Source: an uncultured beta proteobacterium
GTDB lineage: Bacteria; Pseudomonadota; Gammaproteobacteria; Burkholderiales; SG8-39
Reading direction: 5' to 3'
Assembly: GCA_903899705.1 (NCBI GenBank)
Contig: CAIUKQ010000309.1
Coordinates: 6,484-70,483, forward strand
Length of the DNA: 64,000 nt
Positions 9,315 through 18,308 of this stretch are shown here, in pieces. The translations under genes and the position numbers were made by a program. The notes beneath the pieces were generated by a model. The model did no database searches. It was not told the DNA's origin and worked only from the letters and a program-made list of their open reading frames with translations. Each line of letters opens with the position of its first letter. Position 1 is the stretch's first letter.

Positions 9315-12300
9315 TCAGTGCGCCTTTGCCGGTTTTGCCGGTTTCGAAGGTGCCGTGGTTTTTGGCGGCGCGGAGAGCAGTGCGAGTATGTCCCTGCAGG
9401 CGCGGGACCTTTCCTCCAGCGTGCCGCTGACCCGCTCGATCCGAAGTTTGTCCTGGCCGCTCATGCGCCAGCCCCGCTGCCTGTGGATGAGGCCGATGAT
9501 GGTTTCCGGTTCTATCGGCGGGTGCTTGACGAACTGGATCTGTATGGTTTCCGGCCCCGCATCGAGTCGCTTGATGCCAAGGCTTCGCGATCGGATTCTC
9601 AGCCGGTGCACTTCCAGCAGGGCGCGCACCGCCGGGTGCGGTTCACCAAAGCGGTCGATGATTTCCTCCTGCATGGCCTCAATGTCCTCGAGTTCATCGC
9701 AATTGGCCAGGCGCTTGTAGACGATCAGCCGTTCATGCACATCCTCGCAGTAGGAGGTGGGCATCAGCGCGGGGATATGGAGATTGATTTCGGTTGTGAC
9801 CCCGAGCGGTTCGGAGAGGTCGGGTTCCTTGCCCGATTTGAGCGAGCGCACCGCATGTGAAAGCATGTCGTTAAAAAGGTTGAACCCGATTTCCTGCATT
9901 TCGCCGCTTTGCGAGTCACCCAGCACTTCTCCTGCACCGCGGATTTCCAGGTCCTGCATGGCGAGGTAAAAACCGGATCCCAGTTGCTCCATCATCTGGA
10001 TGGCCTCGAGGCGCTTTTTCGCGGCACTGCCGAGGGCGCCTTCTTCCGGTGTGAGCAGGTAGGCGTAGGCCTGATGGTGCGAACGCCCGACGCGGCCGCG
10101 CAGTTGGTGCAGCTGCGCCAGGCCGAAATTGTCGGCGCGGTTGATGATGATGGTGTTGGCGGTGGGAATGTCGATGCCGGTCTCGATGATGGTCGAGCAC
10201 AGGAGCAGATTGTGGCGTTGCTGCAGGAATTCTCGCATCACGCGCTCCAGGTCGCGTTCGCGCATCTGCCCGTGGGCGATGGCGATGCGGGCCTCGGGCA
10301 GGATCTCCGCCAGCCGCTGCTGCATGCGCTCGATGGTGGCGACTTCATTGTGCAGGAAATAGATCTGGCCGCCGCGCTTCAGCTCGCGCAGGCAGGCTTC
10401 TCGGATGATGCCCGCGGAATCCCGCGTGACAAAGGTCTTGATGGCCAGGCGCTTCTCCGGTGCAGTGGCAATCACCGAAAAATCGCGCAGACCTTCCAGA
10501 GACATCGCCAGTGTCCTTGGAATGGGCGTGGCGGTGAGAGTCAGGACATCCACTTCGGCCCGCAGGGCCTTGAGTGCTTCCTTCTGGCGCACGCCAAAGC
10601 GATGCTCTTCGTCCACGATTACCAGGCCGAGACGCGAGAATTTCACTTCACGCGACAACAGCTTGTGGGTACCGATGGCGATGTCGACCGCTCCGCTGGC
10701 AATGCCTTCGAGGGAAACATTCTGTTCGGCGCCGCTGCGAAAGCGGGACAATTCCGCGATTTTCACGGGCCAGCCCGCAAAACGGTCGGAGAAGGTCTGG
10801 AAATGCTGGCCGGAAAGAAGCGTCGTCGGAGCGAGGATGGCCACCTGCATGCCGTCCGCGACGGCGACGTAGGCGGCACGTAATGCCACTTCGGTTTTTC
10901 CAAAGCCCACATCACCGCAGACCAGGCGGTCCATGGGTTTGACCTGTTTCATGTCCTCGATGACGGCGTTGATGGTCGCGAGCTGGTCCGGGGTTTCGTC
11001 AAAACCGAAGGCCTCCGCGAATGCCTCGAGGTCGTGCTGGTTTATCTTGAAGGAGCGGCCTTGGCGCGAAGCTCTTTGCGCGTACAAATTCAGCAGTTCG
11101 GCTGCGGTGTCGCGCACTTGTTTCGCGGCGCGATTCTTGGCCTTGTCCCAGGCTTCACCGCCCAAGCGGTGCAATGGCGCCTGCTCCGGGGGGCCGCCGC
11201 TGTAGCGACCTATGAGATGCAATTGCGATACAGGGACGTAGAGCTTGTCCGCGTCCGCATATTCGATCAGCAGGAATTCGGTCTTGCCCTCGCCAAGGTC
11301 CAGATCGATCAGTCCGCGGTAGCGGCCGATGCCGTGGTCCAGATGCACCACCGGGTCGCCTGCGCGCAGTTCTGAAAGGTCGCGCAGCATGCCTTCGACG
11401 GAGGTCTGACGCTCACGGCTCTTCGTGCTTCGGGTCCGCGCGGTGGCCGAAAACAGTTCGGCTTCGGTTATGAATGCGATGTGCAGTTCGGAATCGAGAA
11501 AGCCGTTGAGCAGCGGGGCTACTGCCAGCATGAGCTTTTCGGAGCCTGCCGCGAACGCGGCGTAATCGGCGCATTCGGCGGGTTTCAATCCGTACTCACC
11601 CAGGTACTGCATCAGGGTTTCGCGTCTTCCCGGAGAGTCGGCGAGCAGGAGCGTGCGACCCGGATGGGTTGCGGTAAAAGCTTTCAGTGCGCTCAGGGGA
11701 TCGGCGGCGCGGCGCTCGACGGCCACGACAGGCAGCGGGACGTAACGGGTTCCTTCTGAATTGGTTCCCACCGATCCGAGGCGAGGGTCCGCGCGCGCAA
11801 ACTGCTTCGCGGCAATGAAGAACTCTTCGGCGCTCAGAAACAGGTTTTCCGGTGGCAACAGCGGGCGGGAGCGTTCTCCACGGAGGAACTGGTAGCGGCT
11901 TTGCGTGTCGCGCCAGAAGTCGGTGAACGCGGCGTGCACATCGTCGTGCATGCAAAGGTTCGCCTCGGAGGGCAGATAGTCGAAGAGGGTCGCCGTTTTT
12001 TCGAAAAACAGTGGCAGCCAGTACTCGATGCCGGCGGGCGATACGCCGTTGGAGACGTCGCGGTATATGGTGCTCTTGGAAGCGTCGCCTTCAAAGTGCT
12101 CGCGAAACGCGGTTCGAAACCGGTTCCGGCCGGCGTCGTCCGTCGGGTACTCGCGGGCGGGCAGCAGGCGCACTTCCGCGACCTTGTAGATGGTGCGCTG
12201 GGTGTCGACGTCAAAGGTGCGGATGCCGTCGATGGTCTCGTCCATCAGATCTATGCGATAGGGCAGCACGCTGCCCATGGGGAAAAGATCGACGATGCCA

Positions 12301-12809
12301 CCGCGCACGCAGAACTCTCCCGGGGCCACCACCTGTGAGACGTTCTGATACCCGGCAAATACCAGTTGCGCGCGCAGTGCGTCCAGGCCGAGGGTTTCAC
12401 CCTGTTTGAGAAAAAATGTGTATGCGGCGAGGTATTCGGGGGGCGCCAGGCGCTGCAGGGCGGTGGTTGCGGGCAGGACGACGACGTCGAATTCCCTCCG
12501 CTGTATCTGATAGAGCGTGGCCAGACGCTCGGACACGAGATCCTGGTGGGGTGAAAAACTGTCGTAGGGCAGCGTTTCCCAATCGGGAAAGACGCAAATC
12601 TTGAGCTTTGGGTCGAACCAGGCAATCTCGTCGCGCAATCGCGATGCCTCGGCGGCACGCGCGCAAAAGACCACCAGAGGACGCGCTTCACCTGCCAGGG
12701 CGGTCAGCGCGAGGGCGTCGCTGGATCCGGTTCTGGCTGTTTGCGAAACTGAATCGGGTGTTGAATCGGAGGGATGGGAAGAGGTCACTTCAAAGGCTTC
12801 GCAATTCAA
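9315..12809 (-). CDS. mfd: Transcription-repair coupling factor
   Basis: FPDWETLPYD, VVHLDHGIGRY, CGDVGFGKTEVA, DEEHRFG, QLRGRVGR, DLEIRGAG. Exact start uncertain (TTG 12809 or downstream). Confidence 0.97.
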   Translation of the reverse strand: MNCEAFEVTSSHPSDSTPDSVSQTARTGSSDALALTALAGEARPLVVFCARAAEASRLRDEIAWFDPKLKICVFPDWETLPYDSFSPHQDLVSERLATLYQIQRREFDVVVLPATTALQRLAPPEYLAAYTFFLKQGETLGLDALRAQLVFAGYQNVSQVVAPGEFCVRGGIVDLFPMGSVLPYRIDLMDETIDGIRTFDVDTQRTIYKVAEVRLLPAREYPTDDAGRNRFRTAFREHFEGDASKSTIYRDVSNGVSPAGIEYWLPLFFEKTATLFDYLPSEANLCMHDDVHAAFTDFWRDTQSRYQFLRGERSRPLLPPENLFLSAEEFFIAAKQFARADPRLGSVGTNSEGTRYVPLPVVAVERRAADPLSALKAFTATHPGRTLLLADSPGRRETLMQYLGEYGLKPAECADYAAFAAGSEKLMLAVAPLLNGFLDSELHIAFITEAELFSATARTRSTKSRERQTSVEGMLRDLSELRAGDPVVHLDHGIGRYRGLIDLDLGEGKTEFLLIEYADADKLYVPVSQLHLIGRYSGGPPEQAPLHRLGGEAWDKAKNRAAKQVRDTAAELLNLYAQRASRQGRSFKINQHDLEAFAEAFGFDETPDQLATINAVIEDMKQVKPMDRLVCGDVGFGKTEVALRAAYVAVADGMQVAILAPTTLLSGQHFQTFSDRFAGWPVKIAELSRFRSGAEQNVSLEGIASGAVDIAIGTHKLLSREVKFSRLGLVIVDEEHRFGVRQKEALKALRAEVDVLTLTATPIPRTLAMSLEGLRDFSVIATAPEKRLAIKTFVTRDSAGIIREACLRELKRGGQIYFLHNEVATIERMQQRLAEILPEARIAIAHGQMRERDLERVMREFLQQRHNLLLCSTIIETGIDIPTANTIIINRADNFGLAQLHQLRGRVGRSHHQAYAYLLTPEEGALGSAAKKRLEAIQMMEQLGSGFYLAMQDLEIRGAGEVLGDSQSGEMQEIGFNLFNDMLSHAVRSLKSGKEPDLSEPLGVTTEINLHIPALMPTSYCEDVHERLIVYKRLANCDELEDIEAMQEEIIDRFGEPHPAVRALLEVHRLRIRSRSLGIKRLDAGPETIQIQFVKHPPIEPETIIGLIHRQRGWRMSGQDKLRIERVSGTLEERSRACRDILALLSAPPKTTAPSKPAKPAKAH

Positions 12810-12879
12810 GCGTGAAAAACGCGAAAACCCGCACGGAGGGTCGCCAATGTGTGCTCATTCGGCGTTCCGGTGCGGGACT

Positions 12880-12893
12880 TGGTATAATTATAC
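12880..12893. promoter_or_regulatory. Symmetric -10 element, candidate bidirectional mfd/ispD promoter
   Basis: Palindrome GTATAATTATAC gives TATAAT on both strands; the + copy is preceded by TGn. Confidence 0.55.
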
Positions 12894-12949
12894 TGTTGAA
12901 TCAGAGCTTTCCTGCTGGAATCTGCGGCCCGTCCTAAGGGTTTTCTCCA

Positions 12950-13642
12950 ATGTCCTCCAGGTTATTCGGGTTGATACCCGCGGCCGGTTTTGGCGCGCGT
13001 TTTGGCGGATCGGCACCCAAGCAGTACAGCCTGATCGGTGGGAAGACCCTGTTGCAGTGCGCCGTAGAGGCCTTACTGGCAGTGAGGGAGTTGGAAACGG
13101 TTTTCGTTGTGCTGGCGCCGGAGGATGACACATTCCGGCGTTTCGATTGGGTCGAATTCGGTGATCGCGTTGCGCCGTTGTATTGCGGAGGGGCGACGCG
13201 TCGCGACAGTGTGCTGAATGGATTGATTGCGGCGGGGGCCGGGGTCGACCCCGAGGATTGGGTGCTGGTGCATGACGCCGCGAGGCCGTGTCTGGCATTG
13301 CCGGATGTGCGCCGGTTGATCGATGCGGTTGCGCCGGGCGATACAGGGGGAGTACTTGCGGTCCGCGTAGCCGACACGCTGAAGCGCGGAGATGAACAGG
13401 ACAGAATTACAGGCACCGAGACCCGGGACGGGTTGTGGCAGGCGCAAACGCCGCAGATGTTCCGATACGGGATGCTGTTGCGCGCATTGAGCGCCTCGGC
13501 AAGTGTGACTGACGAGGCTGCGGCGGTGGAAGCTCTGGGCATCATGCCCAGACTGGTTGAAGGAAGTCGGCGCAACCTGAAGGTGACGGTGGCGTCTGAT
13601 CTGGAGTTGGCGGCACTGATTCTGAGTGCCGCGGGGAAGTAG
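12950..13642 (+). CDS. ispD: 2-C-methyl-D-erythritol 4-phosphate cytidylyltransferase
   Basis: [47 protein letters not shown]. Confidence 0.96.
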   Translation: MSSRLFGLIPAAGFGARFGGSAPKQYSLIGGKTLLQCAVEALLAVRELETVFVVLAPEDDTFRRFDWVEFGDRVAPLYCGGATRRDSVLNGLIAAGAGVDPEDWVLVHDAARPCLALPDVRRLIDAVAPGDTGGVLAVRVADTLKRGDEQDRITGTETRDGLWQAQTPQMFRYGMLLRALSASASVTDEAAAVEALGIMPRLVEGSRRNLKVTVASDLELAALILSAAGK

Positions 13643-13683
13643 AAGGGAGGCCGCAGGCTGTCGCGGTCTTGGGGAGACGGGGA

Positions 13684-14160
13684 ATGCGGGTTGGGCAAGG
13701 ATTCGATGTACATGCGCTGGTTTCGGGGCGCAAGCTCGTGATCGGCGGCGTGACCATACCGTTCGACAAGGGGCTTGAAGGGCATTCGGACGCCGATGTC
13801 CTGTTGCACGCCATTACCGACGCGGTTCTGGGGGCCGCAGGCCTGGGCGATATCGGCCGCCATTTTCCCGATACGGATCAACGATACAAGGACGCCGACA
13901 GCCGCCTTTTGATGCGTGAGGCGGTCAATCGCGTGCGCGCCGCCGGGTTCAGGGTGGTCAATATCGATTCCACCATCATTGCACAGTCGCCAAGGATGGC
14001 GCCGCATATCCCGGAGATGGTCGGCAATATTGCGGGCGATCTCGGGATTGCGAGTGATTGCGCAAACGTCAAAGCAAAGACCGCCGAGCATCTCGGATTC
14101 GTCGGTCGTGGCGAAGGAATCGCTGCCGAGGCGATTGCCATGGTTGAGATAGTCCAGTAA
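13684..14160 (+). CDS. ispF: 2-C-methyl-D-erythritol 2,4-cyclodiphosphate synthase
   Basis: [46 protein letters not shown]. Confidence 0.97.
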   Translation: MRVGQGFDVHALVSGRKLVIGGVTIPFDKGLEGHSDADVLLHAITDAVLGAAGLGDIGRHFPDTDQRYKDADSRLLMREAVNRVRAAGFRVVNIDSTIIAQSPRMAPHIPEMVGNIAGDLGIASDCANVKAKTAEHLGFVGRGEGIAAEAIAMVEIVQ

Positions 14161-14180
14161 CAACACGAGCGGAGGCCGCC

Positions 14181-14711
14181 ATACCTGTCATCACTGCACC
14201 AAAATTGTTTTTCGCACTCTGGCCTGATTCGGAGACGCGACGAGCGCTCTCGACCCGTGGAAAAGGCATGCACAAGGTTTCTGGTGGCCGCATGACACGT
14301 CCGGAGAATCTGCACCTGACGCTAGCTTTTCTCGGACCGACGGACGCGACGCGCCTGGCGGAACTGGAAGCGGTCGCGGCTTCGGTAAAAACGGTCAACT
14401 GCATTCTGACGCTGGACGAGGCGGGCTATTGGAAGCACAACCACATCGCGTGGGCCGGTTCAACCAAGGTCCCCGACAAACTTGCCGGCATGGTCCAGGA
14501 GTTGCGCGACGCGTTGAAGAAAAACGGATTCCGCTTCGATCCGAAACCGTTCAAGCCGCACGTCACGCTGATACGCGATGCGAAGGATCCGGGCGTGCCC
14601 GCGAAACGGTCCATCCGCTGGAAGGTTTCCGGATTCTCCCTGGTACGCGCGTATCGAGACGATCTCGGCCTGCTCTATCGCGTGGTGTCCAGTTGCCCCA
14701 AGGCTGAATAG
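14181..14711 (+). CDS. thpR: RNA 2',3'-cyclic phosphodiesterase (2H family)
   Basis: KLFFALWP, NLHLTLAFLG and FKPHVTL (two HxT motifs). Start placed at ATA 14181 behind GGAGG; alternative is TTG 14205. Confidence 0.88.
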   Translation: MPVITAPKLFFALWPDSETRRALSTRGKGMHKVSGGRMTRPENLHLTLAFLGPTDATRLAELEAVAASVKTVNCILTLDEAGYWKHNHIAWAGSTKVPDKLAGMVQELRDALKKNGFRFDPKPFKPHVTLIRDAKDPGVPAKRSIRWKVSGFSLVRAYRDDLGLLYRVVSSCPKAE

Positions 14712-14742
14712 CCGGGCCCCCGACAGGCCCCGGGGACGGGCC

Positions 14743-15729
14743 TTATTCGACTTTAGCCCCTGAAGCTTTGACCACCTTTGCCCATTTCGCGATTTCTTCG
14801 CGAACGAACACTGCGAATTCTTCAGGAGAATTGCCGACGGGATCGGCGCCCTGGCTGGTGAGGCGCTCGATCATCTCGGGTGAACGCAACGAGCGGGACA
14901 CCGTCGCGTACAGCTTGTTGATGATTTCCTTCGGCGTTTTCGCCGGCGCATGCATGCCGAACCAGGACGTCGCTTCATATCCCGGCAAACCCGATTCAGC
15001 AATCGTGGGTACATCGGGCAATGCCGGGGAGCGGCGGGCCGAGGTCACTGCGATGGCACGCAGCTTTCCCGCTTTCACCTGCTGGATGGATGAGGGCAGG
15101 TTGTCAAACATCAGTTGCACCTGTCCCCCGACCAGATCGGCCACGGCGGGAGCGCTGCCCTTGTAGGGGATGTGCAGCATCTCCACACCTGTCATGGTCT
15201 TGAACAATTCAGCCGACAGGTGTATCGATGTTCCGCTGCCGCTCGAGGCATAGGCCAGTTTTCCCGGATTTGCCCTCGCGTAATCAATCAGTTCCCTGAC
15301 GGTCTTTACCGGTACGCTGGGATGAACCTCAAGCAGGTTGGGAACGGCCGCAAGCAGTGAGATGTGTTCGAAATCCCGCATCACGTCGTAGGGCATGTTC
15401 GGGTATAGCGTCACGTTGATGGCCTGGGGGCTGACGGCGCCGACCAGCAGCGTGTAGCCGTCCGGCGCGGCCTTCGCAACGGCATCCGATCCCAGATTGC
15501 CGCCCGCGCCTGCGCGATTTTCGATGGCGACGGGCTGCCCCATGAATCGGGACATGTCCGCGCCGACAGCGCGCGCGACGATGTCGGTCGTGCCGCCCGG
15601 GGCAAAGGGCACGACGATGCGAATCGGCTTTGACGGATAGGCTGCGGCACCTTGCGCAATTACGTGGCCGGACAGGGCGGATAATGTGACGACAACCGAA
15701 CCGGCAAATGCGCGGGCAATGGAATTCAC
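14743..15729 (-). CDS. Bug/TctC-family tripartite tricarboxylate transporter substrate-binding protein
   Basis: YPSKPIRIVVPFAPGGTTDIVAR, ENRAGAGG, PDGYTLL, SSGSG, PYKG, DVPT..E.G; GTG start behind GGGAG with a signal peptide. Confidence 0.93.
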   Translation of the reverse strand: MNSIARAFAGSVVVTLSALSGHVIAQGAAAYPSKPIRIVVPFAPGGTTDIVARAVGADMSRFMGQPVAIENRAGAGGNLGSDAVAKAAPDGYTLLVGAVSPQAINVTLYPNMPYDVMRDFEHISLLAAVPNLLEVHPSVPVKTVRELIDYARANPGKLAYASSGSGTSIHLSAELFKTMTGVEMLHIPYKGSAPAVADLVGGQVQLMFDNLPSSIQQVKAGKLRAIAVTSARRSPALPDVPTIAESGLPGYEATSWFGMHAPAKTPKEIINKLYATVSRSLRSPEMIERLTSQGADPVGNSPEEFAVFVREEIAKWAKVVKASGAKVE

Positions 15730-15796
15730 GGTGTTCTCCCCAAATTTCGATGGCGACGCAATCATAGACGCAAGGGGATAGACGCGCATGGCGTTG

Positions 15797-17107
15797 CTAG
15801 CGCGTCGAGTGGACAAGCCTTATGCGCGCAATCAGGCCGCCGCCGGGCCGCGGCAGAAGGTCGAACCGCCCGCCGTGCAGGCGGGCAGCGCGATCGACGA
15901 TCGCGAGTCCAAGCCCTGAACCGATGGTGCCCGAGCGCGCCGGATCCATCTGCGTGAACGGCTGTTTCATGTGTTCGGCCTGTTCGGGCGGAATGCCGGG
16001 GCCGAGGTCAAGAACCTCGATGATGCTGTCTCCATCTTCCTCCCGAGTGTGCAGTTCGATGCCTTGTCCCGCATGTCGCAAGGCATTGTCAAGCAGATTG
16101 GCAATCACCCGTCGCATCAGCTGGCATCGAAGCTCGATGACCGGTGTGACCTCGATGTGTGACTCGATATCGCGGCCGATTTTGTGCTGCTGCCGGAGGA
16201 TTTCACCAGCAAGGTCGGACAGGCGCGCCGGCTGCGTGGTTTCGCCACCGTCATTGTCCATGCGTGCAAAATCAAGGAACTGGCCAATGGTCCGGTCCAT
16301 CTCCTCGATATCCGCGCGCATGCCCTCCTTGAGTGGTTCGTCGGCCTGGCTCATTTCGGTTCCCAGACGCAATCGCGCAAGGGGCGTGCGCAGGTCGTGC
16401 GAAATGCCCGCAAGAATCACGGCGCGGTCCTGTTCGGTGCGCAACAGGTCGCGCGACATCTGGTTGAAAGCGCGCGATACCGCCCGGATTTCGGCGGCGC
16501 CGACTTCCGGGACCGGCTCCGGCCTGTGACCCCTGCCGATTTCCACCGCAGCATCCGCCAGCGCCTTGAGCGGACGATTGATGTGCGATACGACCATATA
16601 AGCCGCGATGAGGGCCAGCACCAGCGCCAGCGCCGCCCAGCCCAGCCACTGCAGGGCGATATCGCGTTCCAGGCGCTCCCGGGGAATGCGCATCCAGTAT
16701 TCATCGCCGCCGATGATAAAGCTCACCCAGACGCCAGGAAGCCCGTTGCGCTCAAGTGCGATGCGGGTTTGCGAGCCCAATTGTTCGCGGACCGAAGCGG
16801 CAATGAGTCTGCTTAATTCGGATTCCGGCTCGTTACGGATCTGGTCGTCGAATTCACCGGGGTAGACCTCGATCCCCTCGTTTTCAGCCAGGTCGATCAG
16901 CAGATCACGACGGCGTTCCGGCTGGGCGGTCACCAGCGCCGCGCGGGTGAGATTGACCACGCTCACGATGTTTTGGGCGATCTGTCCCGCGCGCGGCGTC
17001 TGCTCGTGGGCCTGAAATATCAGGAACCAGGTCACCGTCGTGGTCACGCCGAGAATGGACAATAGCGCGAAGGTCCGCCATAGCAGGGAGCGCGGCCAGA
17101 AGGACAT
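15797..17107 (-). CDS. EnvZ/RisS-like sensor histidine kinase
   Basis: Two TM segments around a periplasmic domain, HAMP, ISHDLRTPLARLRL H-box, NLLDNA, DLGPGI, GSGLGLAIV. Confidence 0.92.
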   Translation of the reverse strand: MSFWPRSLLWRTFALLSILGVTTTVTWFLIFQAHEQTPRAGQIAQNIVSVVNLTRAALVTAQPERRRDLLIDLAENEGIEVYPGEFDDQIRNEPESELSRLIAASVREQLGSQTRIALERNGLPGVWVSFIIGGDEYWMRIPRERLERDIALQWLGWAALALVLALIAAYMVVSHINRPLKALADAAVEIGRGHRPEPVPEVGAAEIRAVSRAFNQMSRDLLRTEQDRAVILAGISHDLRTPLARLRLGTEMSQADEPLKEGMRADIEEMDRTIGQFLDFARMDNDGGETTQPARLSDLAGEILRQQHKIGRDIESHIEVTPVIELRCQLMRRVIANLLDNALRHAGQGIELHTREEDGDSIIEVLDLGPGIPPEQAEHMKQPFTQMDPARSGTIGSGLGLAIVDRAARLHGGRFDLLPRPGGGLIARIRLVHSTR

Positions 17108-17127
17108 TTAGGGGGTGGCGGGGGCGA

Positions 17128-17862
17128 TCAAGCAGGCGCGACGGGGCCGCCGTCCGGTACAAACACATAGCCATAACCCCATACCGTCTGGATGTAGGCC
17201 GGGTGAGCCGGGTCAACCTCGATCAGTTTGCGCAAGCGCGAAATTTGCACGTCAATGGCGCGGTCAAACACTTCGTATTCTCGTCCCCGCGCGAGTTCCA
17301 TCAGTTTGTCGCGCGACAGTGAGCTTCGCGGGTGGGTCACCAGCACCTTTAGCAATGCGAATTCCCCGGTGGTCAGCGTCAGCGCCTTGCCATCACGGGT
17401 TAGCGTACGGGTGGCAAGGTTCACCGTCATGCCGCCGAAACTGACTTCCATGGTTTCGGCGGAGGGAGAACCCGGCGGCGCGACGGCACCGCGGCGGCGC
17501 AGCACTGCGTTGATGCGCGCCACCAGTTCCCTTGGATTGAAGGGCTTTGGCAAATAGTCGTCCGCCCCCATTTCGAGTCCGAGGATGCGATCCACGTCGT
17601 CGCCCTTGGCGGTCAGCATGATGATGGCAATGGTGTTCTTGGTGCCGCGCAGGCGCCGGCATGCGGCCAGGCCGTCCTCGCCGGGCATCATGATGTCGAG
17701 CACCAGAAGGTCAAAGCGCTCCTTTGCGAGCAGCTTGTCCATTCCCGGCGCATCGGACACCGTGGTGACCATGAATCCCTGCTCGCTCAGATAGCGCTGC
17801 AGCAGGTCACGCAGACGCAGATCGTCATCGACGACGAGGATTTTTGCTTTTTGTTCGCTCAT
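17128..17862 (-). CDS. ompR: OmpR-family response regulator
   Basis: KILVVDDDLRLRDLLQRYL, LVLDIMMPGEDG, PKPFNPREL, LTTGEFALL, YIQTVWGYGYVFVPDG; real start is MSEQK, inside the long track ORF. Confidence 0.9.
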   Translation of the reverse strand: MSEQKAKILVVDDDLRLRDLLQRYLSEQGFMVTTVSDAPGMDKLLAKERFDLLVLDIMMPGEDGLAACRRLRGTKNTIAIIMLTAKGDDVDRILGLEMGADDYLPKPFNPRELVARINAVLRRRGAVAPPGSPSAETMEVSFGGMTVNLATRTLTRDGKALTLTTGEFALLKVLVTHPRSSLSRDKLMELARGREYEVFDRAIDVQISRLRKLIEVDPAHPAYIQTVWGYGYVFVPDGGPVAPA

Positions 17863-17904
17863 GCACGCATGGTAGCGGTCATGGCGCTTCCGTCCAAGCG
17901 CTGA

Positions 17905-17953
17905 GTAACAGATGGTTGCTGAAAGGGGGGGCTGAAACAAATGCTTACAAAAC
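17905..17953 (+). promoter_or_regulatory. Two candidate OmpR-type tandem binding sites
   Basis: GTAACAGATG-GTTGCTGAAA (17905-17924) and GAAACAAATG-CTTACAAAAC (17934-17953): 10-bp-periodic GxxAC half-sites in the divergent intergenic region. Confidence 0.45.
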
Positions 17954-18032
17954 CGTCCAAGGAGTCCGGACTCCGCATCCGGAATGGGTGTATTTTTGCA
18001 TCCGTGATGGTTTTGGGTGTTTTGACAAAGTG

Positions 18033-18308
18033 ATGGCAATTCGGCGCTTGGCCCTGATAACAGCCTTAATTGCGCAACTCTGCGCAGGGACGCCGGCGTT
18101 TGCGCAGTATTTCCCTGGCAAGGGCAATTCGCCGGACAAGGGCCGGTTGATGCCGGGGCCCGCCAAGCAGCCCGATGTGGACCGCATGCGGGAGACTCCC
18201 GGACCGGCAAGGCCGGTTCACGACCGGCTTTCCCCCGAGGAGCGGCGCCAGTTGCGGCGCGATATTGATCAGCATGGCCGCGAAGTTTATGGCGGCAAGA
18301 GCCACTAG
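18033..18308 (+). CDS. Small exported protein (91 aa) with LSPEERRQLRRDI helix
   Basis: Sec signal MAIRRLALITALIAQLCAGTPAFA/Q, Pro-rich linker, C-terminal LSPEER motif reminiscent of LTxxQ proteins. Confidence 0.7.
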   Translation: MAIRRLALITALIAQLCAGTPAFAQYFPGKGNSPDKGRLMPGPAKQPDVDRMRETPGPARPVHDRLSPEERRQLRRDIDQHGREVYGGKSH

